Translations under genes and position numbers: made by a program
Part shown: in pieces, positions 12,665-26,672 of the stretch
How positions within the stretch are numbered: position 1 is the first letter of the stretch
Layout: every line of letters begins with the position of its first letter
The notes under the pieces: generated by a model
The model's database searches: none
Seen by the model: the letters and a program-made list of their open reading frames with translations, nothing else
What the model was told of the DNA's origin: nothing
Origin: Octopus vulgaris
Lineage: Eukaryota
Assembly (NCBI GenBank): GCA_951406725.2
Contig: OX597814.1
Span: forward strand, 80,352,001 to 80,416,000
Direction of reading: 5' to 3'
Length of the DNA stretch: 64,000 nucleotides

Positions 12665-13304
12665 CATGTATATACGTAAATATATATATATAGATATATA
12701 TATACATATATATATATATATACATATACATACATATATGTACGTGCGTATGTGTCAGCGCGTGTGCGCAAGCGTATGTGTATTTGTGTATATGTTTGAC
12801 GAATTCTCAACGCCGAGACTTCAACTTCTGCATATAATATATTAACTCAATCATCATATTGAGTCCTACCATGAGTGACATTTTGCTATTTGTCACTTCA
12901 CAACCCTAACACACGAACTCACAGAGACTGACTCGTACACCCTTATATTTATTCAGTTTCACACACACACACACGTGGAACTTTTGTAAGAGCTAATCCT
13001 AATTGTGGAGAAGTGATAAATGACTTACTTAAATAAAAAAATAAACATTCATGATTTGTACCATTCTTGGTATAGAATCTTGTAGCCTGTCGATAGTACG
13101 ATCATCGTTGATCGTGAAAATTCTCTTTAGTGTAAGTACATAAAGATGTGTCTTTGCGTGTTAATATTAGATGATGAGAGATGTACTTTCGAAATGAATG
13201 AACTGTCTCTCACTTTTATCCTCCTTCATACGATTTCAATGTCCATAATCATATGAATGTTCTTTTCCCAATAACTATTTTACTATTTTCTGCAGTTATA
13301 TTAC

Positions 13305-14350
13305 TTTCAACTTTTGGCACAAAGCCAGTAATTTCGGGAGAGGGAGAAGTCGATTAGATTGATCGCAGTGCTCAACTGGTACTTATTTTATCGATTCCCG
13401 AAAGGCTGAAAGCAAAGACAATCTCGATGGAATTTGAGCTCGGAACGTAAGGACGGACGAAATGCCGCTAAGCATTTTAAGCGGTGCGAAAACGATTCTG
13501 CCAGCTGCCTTCCTAATTGTGTTGTAGTTATATTGGTTTCAAATTTTAGCACAGGCTAGCAAGTTTGAGAAAAGGATTGAGTCGATAACATCGATCCCAA
13601 ATGTCAGCTAGTACTTATTTTATCAACCCCCATAAGGATGAAAAGCAAAGTTGACCTCGGTGGAAAATCGAATGCAGAACGTAAAGACGCACGAAATACC
13701 TATTTCTTTACTACCCACAAGGGGCTATACACAGAGGAGACAAACAAGGACAAACAAACGGATTAAGTCGATTATATCGACCCCAGTGCGTAACTGGTAC
13801 TTATTTAATCGACCCCGAAAGGATGAAAGGCAAAGTCGACCTCAGCGGAATTTGAACTCAGAACGTAGCTGCGGACGAAATACCTATTTCTTTATTACCC
13901 ACAAGGGGCTATACACAGAGGAGACAAACAAGGACAGACACACGGATTGAGTCGATTATATCGACCCCAGTGCGTAACTGGTACTTATTTAATCGACCCC
14001 GAAAGGATGAAAGGCAAAGTCGACCTCAGCGGAATTTGAACTCAGAACGTAGCTGCGGACGAAATACCTATTTCTTTATTACCCACAAGGGGCTATACAC
14101 AGGAGACAAACAAGGACAGACATAGGTATTAAGTCGATTACATCGACCCCAGTGCGTGACTAGTACTTTTTTAATCGACCCCGAAAGGATGAAAGGCAAA
14201 GTCGACCTCGGCGGAATTTGAACTCAGAACGTAGCGGCAGACGAAATACCGCTAAGCATTTCGCCCGGCGTGCTAACGTTTCTGCCAGCTCACCGGCAGA
14301 CGAAATACCGCTAAGCATTTTGCCCGCCGCGCTAACGGTTCTAACAGCTC
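13305..14350 (-). mobile_element. Head-to-tail array of tRNA-derived SINE family A (about 5 units, last three with a 184-bp period)
   Basis: Repeated motif atcgaccccgaaaggatgaaaggcaaagtcgacctc...gaatttgaactcagaacgta, with unit junctions at 13691, 13875 and 14059. Confidence 0.85.
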
Positions 14351-14470
14351 ACTGTCTTTTTGTGCATGATGATCAGGTTGATACAGATTCGTTTCACGGT
14401 CAATTTACCTTTTTCTAGCTATAGAGAAGAAATAATAATTTTTTTTCTATTCTTTCTGTCTTTATTTAGT

Positions 14471-14523
<53 letters not shown>

Positions 14524-14560
14524 GAAAGACAGACAGATAGATAGATAGACAGATAGATAA

Positions 14561-14667
<107 letters not shown>

Positions 14668-15134
14668 TAATATATATATATACATATATATATATATATG
14701 TATATGTATATGTATATGTATGTATGTATGTATGTATGTATTATGTAGGTAGGTAGGTAGGTAGGTAGGTAGGTAGGTAGGTATATAGATATTGTCTGAT
14801 TGATTGATTGGTTTCTGTCTACAGGATAGAAGTCTGTCAGCAGGATATAATTTATCAAGGAAAGTGCTTTCTTTAATTCATGTCCACGTGGTTCGGTAAT
14901 AGACTTTGTGTCGTAAAAGCCTGTCATAGTATGAATCAAAACAGGTTTTCGAATCGAAATGTGTCAATAACCTTTCTATAGATTCCAGGAAATGTGATAA
15001 AAGCACACATGCTCACACACGTAAAGGCATATACGTTCATGTGTGTATGTGGAGGGGGTTGTGTATTTGTGCGTGCCTACTTGCATACATATGTACATGC
15101 ATGAATGCATACATACATACATACATACATATAT

Positions 15135-15800
15135 ATATAGTTGAAATTTATAGAAAAACAAAAGACAGGTGTTTGAACAACAAGCAAGTGAATTAGATTG
15201 ACGCTCGGGAAAGTGAAAAAATCTTTTACGTTTAGAGCCTACGATCTTCAACAGAAAGGATTAAGAGAAAATAAACGCAGAGAGAATAAAACAAACTTGT
15301 GGATTTAGCAGTCAAGCATGGCAGCTGATTAGAAAAAAGTTTGAAAAAAGAGGTTGAAAGAAGGAGAGATAATAAAGTATTGGTGATCCCAAAATGAAGA
15401 TGTACGTGCGTGTGTGTATGTGAGAACGTGTGTGTGTGTGTGTGGATAGGAGCTAGTGACTTTGACGTGTGTGGATGTGTGTGCGTGTGTGCATCTCTAA
15501 CGTGTGGCTGCTCATATAGTGGTATGAGCGGTGACGCTATTGAAGATTGTGTTTGGGTGTGTGGTGTGGGTGTGTGGAAGTGGTCAGTGCTAGTGTGTGT
15601 GCGTGTGTAAGTGTGTGTAAGTGCAACGTCTGTAACGTGTGGCTGCTCATATAGTGGTATGTGTGGTGACGCTATTTAAGATTATGTGTGGGTCTGGGAG
15701 TGTGCGGATGATGATATGTGGTGAGAGTGCTGGGAAGTGGTCAATGCTAGTGTGTGTGGAGTGGTATGGGGAGGGGTGAGTGCTGGGTGGGTTATAAACG
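15135..15800 (-). mobile_element. 3' (pLTR-like) fragment of a Penelope-like element with a degenerate minimal hammerhead at 15222-15258
   Basis: The minus strand reads tttCTGTTGA-agatcgtaggctc-TAAACGTA-aaaga, a decayed CUGAUGA..GAAACGUA. The organisation matches 50.3-51.3 kb. Confidence 0.5.
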
Positions 15801-18020
15801 TTGTGGATAATTAGTTGGTGTTTTTTATTTATCAGATGGATCTTTACAATTCCTAAAGAAGAAATTGGACAAGTCGAAATTAGTTAGCTCTTTCTATATA
15901 AGAATTATAGAAATCTAGGTACGATATGAGGATTCGCTCTTAAATGTCTCTACGCTTTATGTAAGTATTTTCTCTTTAGAGGAAAATGTCAATGCTTCGG
16001 CAGTTACTCGGTTTCTTCTAATATATTTCTTTGAGATATTTTTGCACTGTAACAATTAATGGTACATGTTTTCTCATATAGTTCACATTTAATGTTACCC
16101 CATGTACAAATTGTAAAAATTAGGCCTTCGGCAGTATTTTACTACGGGATAAAATAAATACTTGGTATATGGTGGTTATATCATGGTGGGTTATACCGTA
16201 CAAAAGTTTCAATAAGATTGTTAGGTAATTGATAAATGATGTTGGTGAGTACTTAATTTTTCTTAGTATTGGCTTCGTGGTAATGTTTCGCTTTAGTAGT
16301 CTGCAGCTTCGTTGACGGTGACATCGTCAGGAGATGATTCATTTATAGCCTTATTCGTGCATATCGGTACATGCTTGGTGGCGTAAATACATACATGCAT
16401 GCATGCGTACATACATGTGTGTGTGTACGTATGTATGCATGCATGCATGCCTGTATGTTATGCGCCAGGACGTAGAAATACTTGAGTTGGTGTCGAAGAG
16501 CGCAGTAAGCCCGTTGAGAGTGAGGTACCCCTGCTCTTTGTAAAGGCATTTCTTTAGCAGAAAGCTAACTCGTGTATAAAACCCACTGCTCTACTGAGCC
16601 AGTTATCTTGCATTTTGCTTGTCGCTGAACTTCTTAGTATTGCTAATGAGTCTTTGTAGTGTTGTGCAAGCTGCACTCGACTTACAACCCTTGGACAAGT
16701 AATACTGACTCACTTACCTCAGTCAGCACTCATGCGAATATCGACTAAAGGGGATATGGAAGGTAATTTTGTTTTAGTAGAAAAAAATGCTCCATGCAAA
16801 CTGAACATCCAGGAAATTTTAGACAGTCGCAGAGTATAATAAGCAAAAGAATGGAGCCATTCCTAGTTGTCTTCCACCATGTTAAATGATTAGTTTGACC
16901 CAGCTTTTGTTGAAACGGTCGTAACCTAAAAGTAAATGTAATACCAATACCTCTATTATTTTTCCTGTTGAGTATGTATGTATGCATTATGTATTATGTA
17001 TGCATTCATGTATGTATGTATGTATGTACGTGTGTGTATGTATGTATGTATGTATGTATGTATGTATGTATGTATGTATGTATGTATGTATGTATGTATT
17101 CTTAGGTTATATCGCTTTACCTGCTTGAGCTGCCAATTTCTCCGACAATCAGCTCTAGTTAATAAGCCTTGTGTCAAAAGAATTTTATCAAATAGCACAC
17201 AAGCATTTTCTCCTCTGAATCTTTTTACTCCATCTTTTATTTGTATGCCAAGGTGATTGCTTCCTCTTACAACGCTGTAAGCTCCTCCCACTGATTGTGT
17301 GTGTGTGCGTGTGTTCACTCAAGTACATTCGTATTGATTTGTTCATTCGGTCTTGATCAGATGACTAGTAGATCTCATGTGATATAGTATAAAAGTACAT
17401 AATCATTGTTTATATTTGTAGTTATGCTTTCCACCATGTTAAACGATTTGTTTGACCCAGCTGTTGTTGAAACGGTCGTAACATATAAATAAATGTAATA
17501 TCAATACCCCTATTATTTTACTTGTTATGCATGTATGTATGTATGTATGTATGTATGTATGTATGTATGAATCAATTCACTGCTAGTGCCACAGATAACG
17601 TGTATCTCAGTGTTGTATGGTCAGCCGTCAGCGATTATACTGGCAGCTCCACTCAGCTTGCTTAGTACGGAAGGTTATTTTGTTGGATACTCTACAGAGC
17701 GAAAAACAAAACTTGTAAAAACGGATGGTCTCGGTGGAGTCAACGGCCTTCCAACAACTGGGAGTAACAGAACCTAGTCTTTGCTTAGACATTTCTCTTG
17801 AAGGAAATTCTCGAAGAACACCCGTCTCATTGAGAGAACGGAAGTCTTGTTTTTGCTTGTTTCTGGACTGTTTGGTTTTGACGGTGAATGTCATACTGGT
17901 GTTTTGTAAGCTGTTATTGACTTTAAAGTCCAGCACGAGCATTGTTGACGTCCATGTCTTTAGCATCTAGAAGATAATTTGTCAGTGATGGTCATACGCG
18001 TCTAGGAATTGACAGCTACC

Positions 18021-18053
<33 letters not shown>

Positions 18054-18098
18054 TGTATGTATGTATGTATACATGTATGTGCGTGTGTGTGTGTGCGC

Positions 18099-18129
<31 letters not shown>

Positions 18130-18449
18130 TATTGTTGCTTATCCGAGTCAATCCTAATGGAGACGATTTGTGATCAAGAGCATTTCAGACCTGGATATCA
18201 CGTCTTTTTCTGTGTTCAGATAATCAAGGATCTTTATACCAACGTATCTTTTCTAAGAGAGTAAGATGGTATTTCCTCTTTCTACTAAGTCGAGCAATAT
18301 AACGGATTTCATAACATCAATATAATTGACCTGATCTACTCGCTAGTAAATAATTCTCAACATAAAAATCCAAAATGCTAAGCAATTGATTCAATTTGGA
18401 GCGTGCGTTGAATATGGTGCGGATTGAATAGTTATGTTATTGCTTTTAA

Positions 18450-18845
18450 TCGTGAGCTGGCAGGATGGTTAGCATGCCAAGCAAAATGCTTAGCAGCATT
18501 TCGTCCGCCTTTAAGTTCTGAATACAAATTCCGCCGAGGTCGGCTTTGCCTTTCATCCTTTCAGGGTCGATAAAATAACTACCAGTTGAACACTGGTGTC
18601 GATAAAATTGACTTAGCCCCTTCCCCGAAATTGCTGGCCTTATGCCAACATTTGAAGCGAATATTAATGGCATTCTATAAGGCGGCGAAATGGCAGAATC
18701 GTTTGCATGCCGGATAAAATGCTTGGCGGTATTTGATCTTTTTTTACTTCCTGAGTTCACATACTGCCGAGTTCAATTGTGCCTTTCATCCTTTCGGGAT
18801 CGATTATATAAGTATCAATTGAGCACTGGGGGGGGGGGTCGATTA
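18450..18845 (+). mobile_element. Two tandem SINE family A copies
   Basis: A-box-like head gagctggcagaatcgttagc, B-box gagttcaaattcc, and core gcctttcatcctttcggggtcgataaa. Confidence 0.85.
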
Positions 18846-19407
18846 GTTTTCTGTATATAGCAAACCTCTCTTTTCAACTTACACACACTCACACAAATAT
18901 ATAAAAAGGATCTTCTTCAGTCTCAGCGATGAGTATTGAGTTGTTCAATCAACTAAATAACCCGCCAAGTCAGCATATAAGTAGCTGAATCCTCAAAAGG
19001 CTGGTGTACCCTTAATATAAGGTTTAAAGTCTGAGACAAAGTAAAAGGTTGAACTTTTGATTTACAGGTACTCTTCTTCTGAGAGCTTGCACACAGTTTC
19101 CGTTTGTCCAGTTTCACTTACAAGGTTCTAATTAACCCAGGGCTGTGGTAAATGACACTTCCCTAAGAAGCTACGCAGTAGAAATGAATCTGGTGCCTCA
19201 TGACTACAAAACGAACATTTTAATCTTTCGACCATGATGCACACGCACACACACAGATACACACACACACAGAAGTCCGCTCGCAAATACACTCATATGT
19301 ATATGTTAATATACATACATACACAAGCACGCACACACATACGAGCACGCTCAATCATACACACATATATGTATATGTGCATATACATACACATACATGT
19401 GTGCCCC

Positions 19408-19461
<54 letters not shown>

Positions 19462-20039
19462 AACAGACAGAAAGGCAGAAAAATTAAACATGCACAGCAA
19501 AAGCGACCTCTGTTGACTTCCTCACCCAACCAAAAATAAGTAACTAAATAAATAAGATAATTCTACAGTTTGAAGCTGAGACTTCCACTTAGTTCGTCTG
19601 ACTGATTGTCTGGCCTTGGGTATTTGTTATTCGTTCGTGCGGTAGGTCTGTCTTTAAGTGAGTGAGAGCTTGCCACCGAACAACTGGTATGACGCCTCTT
19701 AGCTAAAATCTGTCTTTCATATCAAATCTTATCGAAGGAATTCATTAAAGAAATGAAGTGCCACACAACATACACGACGTGCCAGCGATAATGGTTAAAA
19801 TGCAGATATTTCTCGACTAATATAATTCAAGGATATCAGCAGGCCTATTTCTTTTTCTCTTTTTCTTTTTCCCATTTATCTCTTTCGTTTTAACTTATTA
19901 TCTATATTTTTTGTGAAAGGTGAAAACGAATAAGTCAGAGGTGCTAGACCCACCAAGATTTGCTCTCGATGTTGCAGTTTCGACTCCCAACTGAATGCTA
20001 ACCACTTCACATACATCAATTGCTTTATTATATACGTCC

Positions 20040-20650
20040 AGGAAGGTAGCGAGCTGGCAGAAACGTTAACATGCCGGGCGAAATGCTTAGTGGTATTTCG
20101 CCTGCCGTTATGTTCTGAGTTCAAATTTCGCCGAGGTCGACTTTGCCTTTCATCCTTATGGGGGTCGATAAATTAAGTACGAATTACGCCCTGGGGTCGA
20201 TGTAATCGACTTAATCCCTTTGTCTGTCCTTGTTTGTCCTATCTATGTTTAGCCCTTGTGGGCCATAAAGAAATAAGAATCGTCAGCACACTGGACAAAA
20301 AGGTCGATTTTTGCCTTTCATCTTTTTGAGGTTGATAAAATAAGTACCAATTGAGCACTGGGGTCGATGTAATCGACTTACCCGCTCCCCCGAACTTGCT
20401 GGCATTGTGCAGAAATTCGAAAGTATTATATAGGCTCAGTGCGGCGAGTTGGCAGAATCGTTATCACTCCGGAACAAGGGCATAGCGGCATTTCTTCAGG
20501 TTCTTTACGTTCTGAGTTTAAATTCATATCTATCGAGATCAATTTTACCTTTCATCCTTTCGGAGACGATAAAATAGGAACCTGTTTAGTCCCGGGGCCA
20601 TTACAGTCGACCAAACTACTCTTGCGAAATTTCAGGCTTTGTGCCTAAAG
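20040..20650 (+). mobile_element. Three tandem or partial SINE family A copies
   Basis: Same head and core motifs as the other family A copies. Confidence 0.85.
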
Positions 20651-20755
20651 GGAATGGGTGAATTCCTTCGATGCGTTTGTGTTTGCATAGATTTTCCTTT
20701 TATTATTTCTTTTTTGCCTCCTCTTCATTATAAGATTGGAGCTTCTCCAAAACAA

Positions 20756-21984
20756 GGGGTATTCGCTGAATCGAGTGTAAGACAAAAACCCCTTCAGTTT
20801 AAAGTGTGAAAGTGGACAAAACCTCCTCGGTTATATTTCTCTGTTATTTTTTTCGTTTTTTCTCTTTTTATTTGTTTCAGTCATTAGACTGTGGCCATGC
20901 TGGGGTACCGCCTTGAAGAATTTTTAGTTGAACGTATCGATCCCAGAATAATTTTTTTTTTTCTTTTTACTTGTTGCTGTTATTAGACTGCGGCCATACT
21001 GGGACACCTTGAAGACCTTTCAGACGACTGAATGGAACGCAGAATTTTTTTTAAGCCTGGTCAAAACCCCCTTCGTGATATATTTCGATTTTTTCCTTGG
21101 TACTTGTTAAATCATTAGACTGCGGCCATGCTGGGGCACCGCCTTGAAGAATTTTTAGTCGAATATTTCGATCCCAGAATTTTTTTGGGGTGATTTTCAA
21201 TCAGCGCATGAAGTTAAGCCTAGAAGATCATTTCACATGCTAGAAATAACAGCCAAATCTCTTGAATTTGTTTTTATAATTTCACGTAAACAAAAACGGA
21301 AATTGCGATTGTAAAAGAACTCTTATTTTCCAAAATTCCTATCTTTAAGTAAACAAAAATATATTCAATCGAAAATAGATAAGAAGTATAGAATAACAGA
21401 ACACAAGACTCTTTACTACTCAATGTACATATTGTCTGAATTCTAACAAAAGGGAAAGCATTTACTTCAAGAAACGTGTAGAAACATAAAAACAATAAGA
21501 AATACGTTTGAACGACTAATTCTGTTAAACCTTCAACGGCAGGAGAAAATTTAAAAGGTCATCTCATTCTCATTAATCTCTAAGTGCAGAGAGAAGAAAA
21601 CAGACTATAAATTAAAATTTTAAAATGCTAATTTTGCTGCGACTAAAAATTCTTTAAGCAGTCTAATAACTGCAACAAATAAAATGGAAAACAATTCTGG
21701 CGTCGATATATTCGACTAAAATTCCTCAAGACGGGGCCCCAGCATGGCCGCAGTCTAATGAGAAAAACAAGTAAAAAAAAAAAAAGAAAGAAGAATTCTG
21801 AAGTCGATACGCTAAACTAAAAATTCTTCAAGGCGGTACCCCAGCATGGCCACAGTCTAATGACTGAAACAAGTAAAAGCAATAAATAAATAAAATAATC
21901 GAAAAATATAACCAAAGAGGTTTTGTCTACTTTCACACTTTAACAATGGGGGTTTTGTCCGAGGAGGCTTTTGTCTGGATCCCC
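20756..21984. mobile_element. Foldback/MITE-like element whose long inverted arms contain SINE 3' tails
   Basis: The left arm (gacaaaaacccc..taaagtgtgaaagtggacaaaacctc..) mirrors the right arm (..gaggttttgtctactttcacacttta..ggggttttgtcc). Each arm carries 2-3 cattagactgcggccatgctgggg modules. Confidence 0.7.
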
Positions 21985-21998
21985 GCTTAATCGCATAC

Positions 21999-22127
21999 CA
22001 TGCAGTGCCCTATACATCTTGGAGGAATCTTTTGACCAGCACTGGCATAGGGCACTGAAACATTCTGTGATTCTAACAGATACACTTCGAAGTAATCTTT
22101 CTTCCCTCCTTTTCAAACGATCGTCTC
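21999..22127 (-). CDS. Candidate internal exon (129 nt, phase 1-1) of an unidentified host gene or pseudogene
   Basis: Acceptor tcttacAG, donor GTatgc, open frame (G)DDRLKRREERLLRSVSVRITECFSALCQCWSKDSSKMYRALH. Confidence 0.45.
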
Positions 22128-22423
22128 CTGTAAGAATCATCAAATCTGGCTTTATGCACTGACATCCCTTGGTGGTGAGATTGGAGGGCGGATAGTATTA
22201 TGTGAATGTGTAATTTTTTTCAGTGTTTCAACAGAAACTTGTTATTTTTATAAAAATTATCTCTATAAATATAGTCTAGAAAAATACTGAAAATTACAGT
22301 GTTTTAATGTATTACTACTTCACTGTTCGAAGATATTGCAAAGAGAAAAGGGACTTTTTCTGTTTTTAGATTTGTGCTTATGGGTATGTGTATGCTGAAG
22401 TTTACCATGGTAGAAAGTATTAC

Positions 22424-22472
22424 CCAGCATGACTTGTTCTTTGCAATTTACAGCAAAGAAAAGACTATTTTG
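22424..22472 (-). CDS. Candidate internal exon (49 nt, phase 0-1)
   Basis: Acceptor attttAG, donor GTaata, frame QNSLFFAVNCKEQVML. The phase joins in frame with 21999-22127. Confidence 0.45.
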
Positions 22473-22531
22473 CTAAAATATGTAAATTAGTCTTTATCAA
22501 AAATGTAATTTTTATACAGACATTCTTTAAC

Positions 22532-22656
22532 TTGTCCATTAAAAACTTCAAGTAGTAAAGTAATAGCTGCTTTTCCTATGGGACTTGGGCATGCTGCCAC
22601 TTCAGTTTTGGTTAATAAAAACATTTTAAATGCTTTATTGGATTTATGTAGTTCTT
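22532..22656 (-). CDS. Candidate internal exon (donor ambiguous: 22532 or 22547)
   Basis: Acceptor ctgcatAG, open frame ELHKSNKAFKMFLLTKTEVAACPSPIGKAAITLLLE(VFNGQ). Either donor is phase 0, matching the next exon. Confidence 0.35.
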
Positions 22657-25219
22657 CTATGCAGAGATAGATAGATGCACATGTCCATATAAATTACATT
22701 AGCAGTCTTTTAAATTTGTTAATGCTTTTATTTAAAATACTCTCTATTGTCCTTTATAAAGTTTTACTACACTAATGGTCTAATAAAAATTTCCAAAGAT
22801 GAATTTTCGCTCACTATCAAATTAAGTCTATATAAATCTTTAATACTTCGAGATCTATTATTTTCTTTACTTTTCTGTAATGTTAGAAAAATATATTAGC
22901 CTTGCCATATTAACGGCCATTTATACCTTCTGGTAGTCGAGTAAATTAAATATTTACTTCTGTTTTTCTTTTCTTTTCTGTATTTCTTTTCTTTTAATTG
23001 TTTTAACACGTGAATTTTATTTTACCCTACTTTCTATGTAATGTTTCTTGAACTTTTATTTCTTAGACTCTTTACGTTCTGAGTTCAAATCCAACCACAG
23101 TCAATTTTGCCTTTCATCTTTCTTGGGTCGAAAAAAATAAAGTATCAGTCAAGTACCGAAAACCATTTTATCAGCAACGGCACGGCCACCCACCAACAAA
23201 AAAATTCTCTTCGAAATTATTATATTCCATTCTACAGAGAAATGTAAATCATGTAATTTAGACATACCAATCAAGTCTCAATGAAGTCATCTAAAGTCCT
23301 CCGGCCAGAACAGTCATTATTATCCAAGTACAACGACTCTTCAAATGAGCCGTTTCGTCTGCAAGCATGCGTGGGTATTTTCGTTGCCTTTATCCATTCA
23401 TCCCGATCGTACGTCTTTCCCGGGCCAATGTAACTCCTCCACGGTAGATGTCCCTATTGCAAGGTGAGGTATGAATGTATGGCCCGAGTTTTAATCATAT
23501 TGGAATTTCACTAATTGAACATCTGCACAAGCCACAACTACAGATGATAGCTGTAAGAAATGCAAGTATACGTCGATCGACATATAATCATAGTTATGTA
23601 TAATAAGTTCTTAGATCGGTTTACAACTAAAACTCTAGCTTGAAGTGCAAATTGGTATAAGGTGTTGAAATTGATTTTCCAAATTGGCTAGAAGTCGTAC
23701 CTGATTCAGCAAGTGTAAATATCAATAGATCGAAAATGGAAACAGACAAGCAAAGCATTTGGCATTACTTGGGGATATTGTTTTCATAATAAAAAGTACA
23801 AATAAATCATAGAACAGTTATGGTAGATGATAGCAGTAGTTCGCTAACTGAACAGATTGATCTTGGACGTTGACAATTTTTTGCCTTTCATCTGCTCGGT
23901 ATTTAGTGATATTCGTCATTGACTCAATAAGTTCATCTGTCGAAGTAGTTCACATTCATCATGCTGCATTCCATGATTTCAACGTACTCTGGTTCGGGTG
24001 ATTTCATGCTATTTAACCCATAACTGGGCTCTGAAACGCACTGCTTGTCCAGGTGAGAGTAGACCTGGGAAAAATAGTGGCTAAGAGTTAGTTCCACATT
24101 CTTCAAAACTCTGGAACTCCTGAACCATGTATACCTGTATACCTGTATACCGTTCAAAGTCATATCAATGATTTATAAGCCGTGTTTTACACCCACGTTT
24201 CGTTGCCTCACCCCCTTCTTATTATTGACAACAGAATACAGCCTACTATGTCCTCTTTTCGTATTGCTTAAATAGTATTTTTTTCTGATGCTTTAGTTAC
24301 AATATTGCTGTAATTAGGATTTATGAGACCATATCGATTAATTTTTTAAGCAAGAAATCATAATTAAAGGATAAGAAAGAGAACGCCAAATAAAAATTCT
24401 TAGTTGCAATTAGCTAAACATTTGATTAAAATTTATCATTCTATATTATTACAATTCGTCTTAATGAGATAAAGTTAAATTAATTTATATTCAATAAAAA
24501 AAAGGATAGAAAGATGTGTTATAAATTTGAAATTTATGAATGAAGATATACACACACACACATATATATATATATATATGTATATAGTTATACCTCTGTG
24601 CAGTGTGTGTGTGTGTGTGAATATATGTGTGTGTGCGTATGTAAGCCAACACGTGCACACACATTTATATACATATTTTAATTGAACTGTGTGTGTGTGT
24701 GTGTGTGTGCGTGTACATACATATACAAGCAAGCATATCCACATATCCATACACATGCAAACATATTCGCCCACACACATACTTATACATTCTGCAACAT
24801 GGTAAACGCAAAGAATATTATTTACTTCACTGAAACCTAGAAAACCCCTTCAGTTCCATTAGTGAATTACATTGAATATCTTGAGAATTCAACTTATTTC
24901 AATTTTTGTGCATATATTTTATTTCATGTTTTCGGTTGTTACTTTATATAAGTCAATTTTAGGTTTAAGAGAAATTTAATTTGAAATAAATCATGTAATA
25001 ACCGAAACAATTAATTTTTATTAAAAATAAATTTAGTGATTTATTTTTTTTAACGGTAAAGCTAATGAATTTAGTCTCTAAATTCATAATCGTTAGACAA
25101 ATCTTCGGAAACAGAATTGCTGAATTGCATTCGTGTAAAATTTATCTGAGGTAGCTATATAAAAAGTAAGACATATCTACTTTGCACACATGGAAAATAT
25201 TTATTTCAAATTTTTGCAA

Positions 25220-25415
25220 CGACCGGCAATTTCGGGACAGGATGTAAGTCGATTAGATCAACCCGAGTGCCCAACTGGTATTTATCTTATCGACCCCGAA
25301 AGAATGAAAGGCAAAGTTGATCACAGTGGATTTTGAACTCAGAACTAAAGATGGACGAAATGCCGCTAAGCATTTTGCCCCACGTGCTAACGATTCTATC
25401 ATCTCTCCACCTTAT
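25220..25415 (-). mobile_element. SINE family A copy
   Basis: Reverse complement of the family A head and core. Confidence 0.85.
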
Positions 25416-26431
25416 ATATAGAAAATATATTCTGACATAAACATACTATAACAAAGTAAATACTGGCGTGTTCTAGTGGCTATTTATTTTAAGGGTGATA
25501 ATCATTTCTAAATCAATCATGGCGAAATTAGCAGATTGAATTTTAAGTTTAAGAGCAATGAAGAAGATATATATAATAAACACATATTTCATATATTTCT
25601 TCATTCATTGAAAAGATCTTAAATTTCTAGGCAGAGGTTAATCAAGTATAACACCATTTCATTCTTATTTGAAATCGTCAGTATGACATAGCCAGAGGCA
25701 AGTAAATTAAAGTAAAACATTTTACAAAGTAAGACATTTCTTATAGATGGAAAATAACTACAGTTTAGAAGACATTCCTGGAATGAATGTGTGTGTTTGT
25801 ATATGTGTATATGTGCCAGTGTGTCTCTTTACAAAGTAACAAAAGGGAAAAAAGAAAACTAGATCCGAGCAAAAGGTAAATGAACTTGGGTAATATAAAA
25901 ACTAGAAAAAATACATTTCCTGAAAGAAACAGTAAAGTATAAACTAGAAATTAATTGGATAGAAAATATAGATTTACGAATATGAAGAAGGAAAAAAAAC
26001 AGGAAAGTATAAAATAACAAAATAGTTCAATATAACAACCATAACTAATATAGTTCAAAAATGTTTCTACTTGGAATTTCACTGTTTTCTTACAGAAGTT
26101 TCCTGTAACCCTATAAAACAATGTAAATGCGACTACATTAATGCTGTGGATATGATTTTATCTTTTATATTTCTGAATTTGCTAGTATTTGTTACGTCAC
26201 TATTATTGCTGTTACAGACAGTCGAATACAAGGATTATGATTTATGTGTTACATAAGTACACAAAACATGACTAACGGTTTTGTATGGCTTTGTAAGGAA
26301 GAATTTCGAAATCATTGTCAACCTTTTTCTTGTAAAATTTAATAAACAGGTACTAAATAGGTATTTGAGGAGTCCTTCATCTTAATGATAAAATATTCTT
26401 ATATATCACTTCAAATAATAGCAATCATTAC

Positions 26432-26515
<84 letters not shown>

Positions 26516-26557
26516 CAGATAACAAATAGATAGACAGATAGACAGACTGACAGACAA

Positions 26558-26590
<33 letters not shown>

Positions 26591-26592
26591 TC

Positions 26593-26672
<80 letters not shown>

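Noticed and set aside
13691-14250. Regularly spaced repeats superficially like a CRISPR array
   Set aside because: The units are whole 184-bp SINE copies without unique spacers, in a eukaryotic context with no cas genes.
23269-23455. GHLPW peptide suggesting a CK1/VRK-type kinase exon
   Set aside because: A five-residue match only. No other kinase motifs are found in neighbouring candidate exons, and an in-frame stop precedes the donor.
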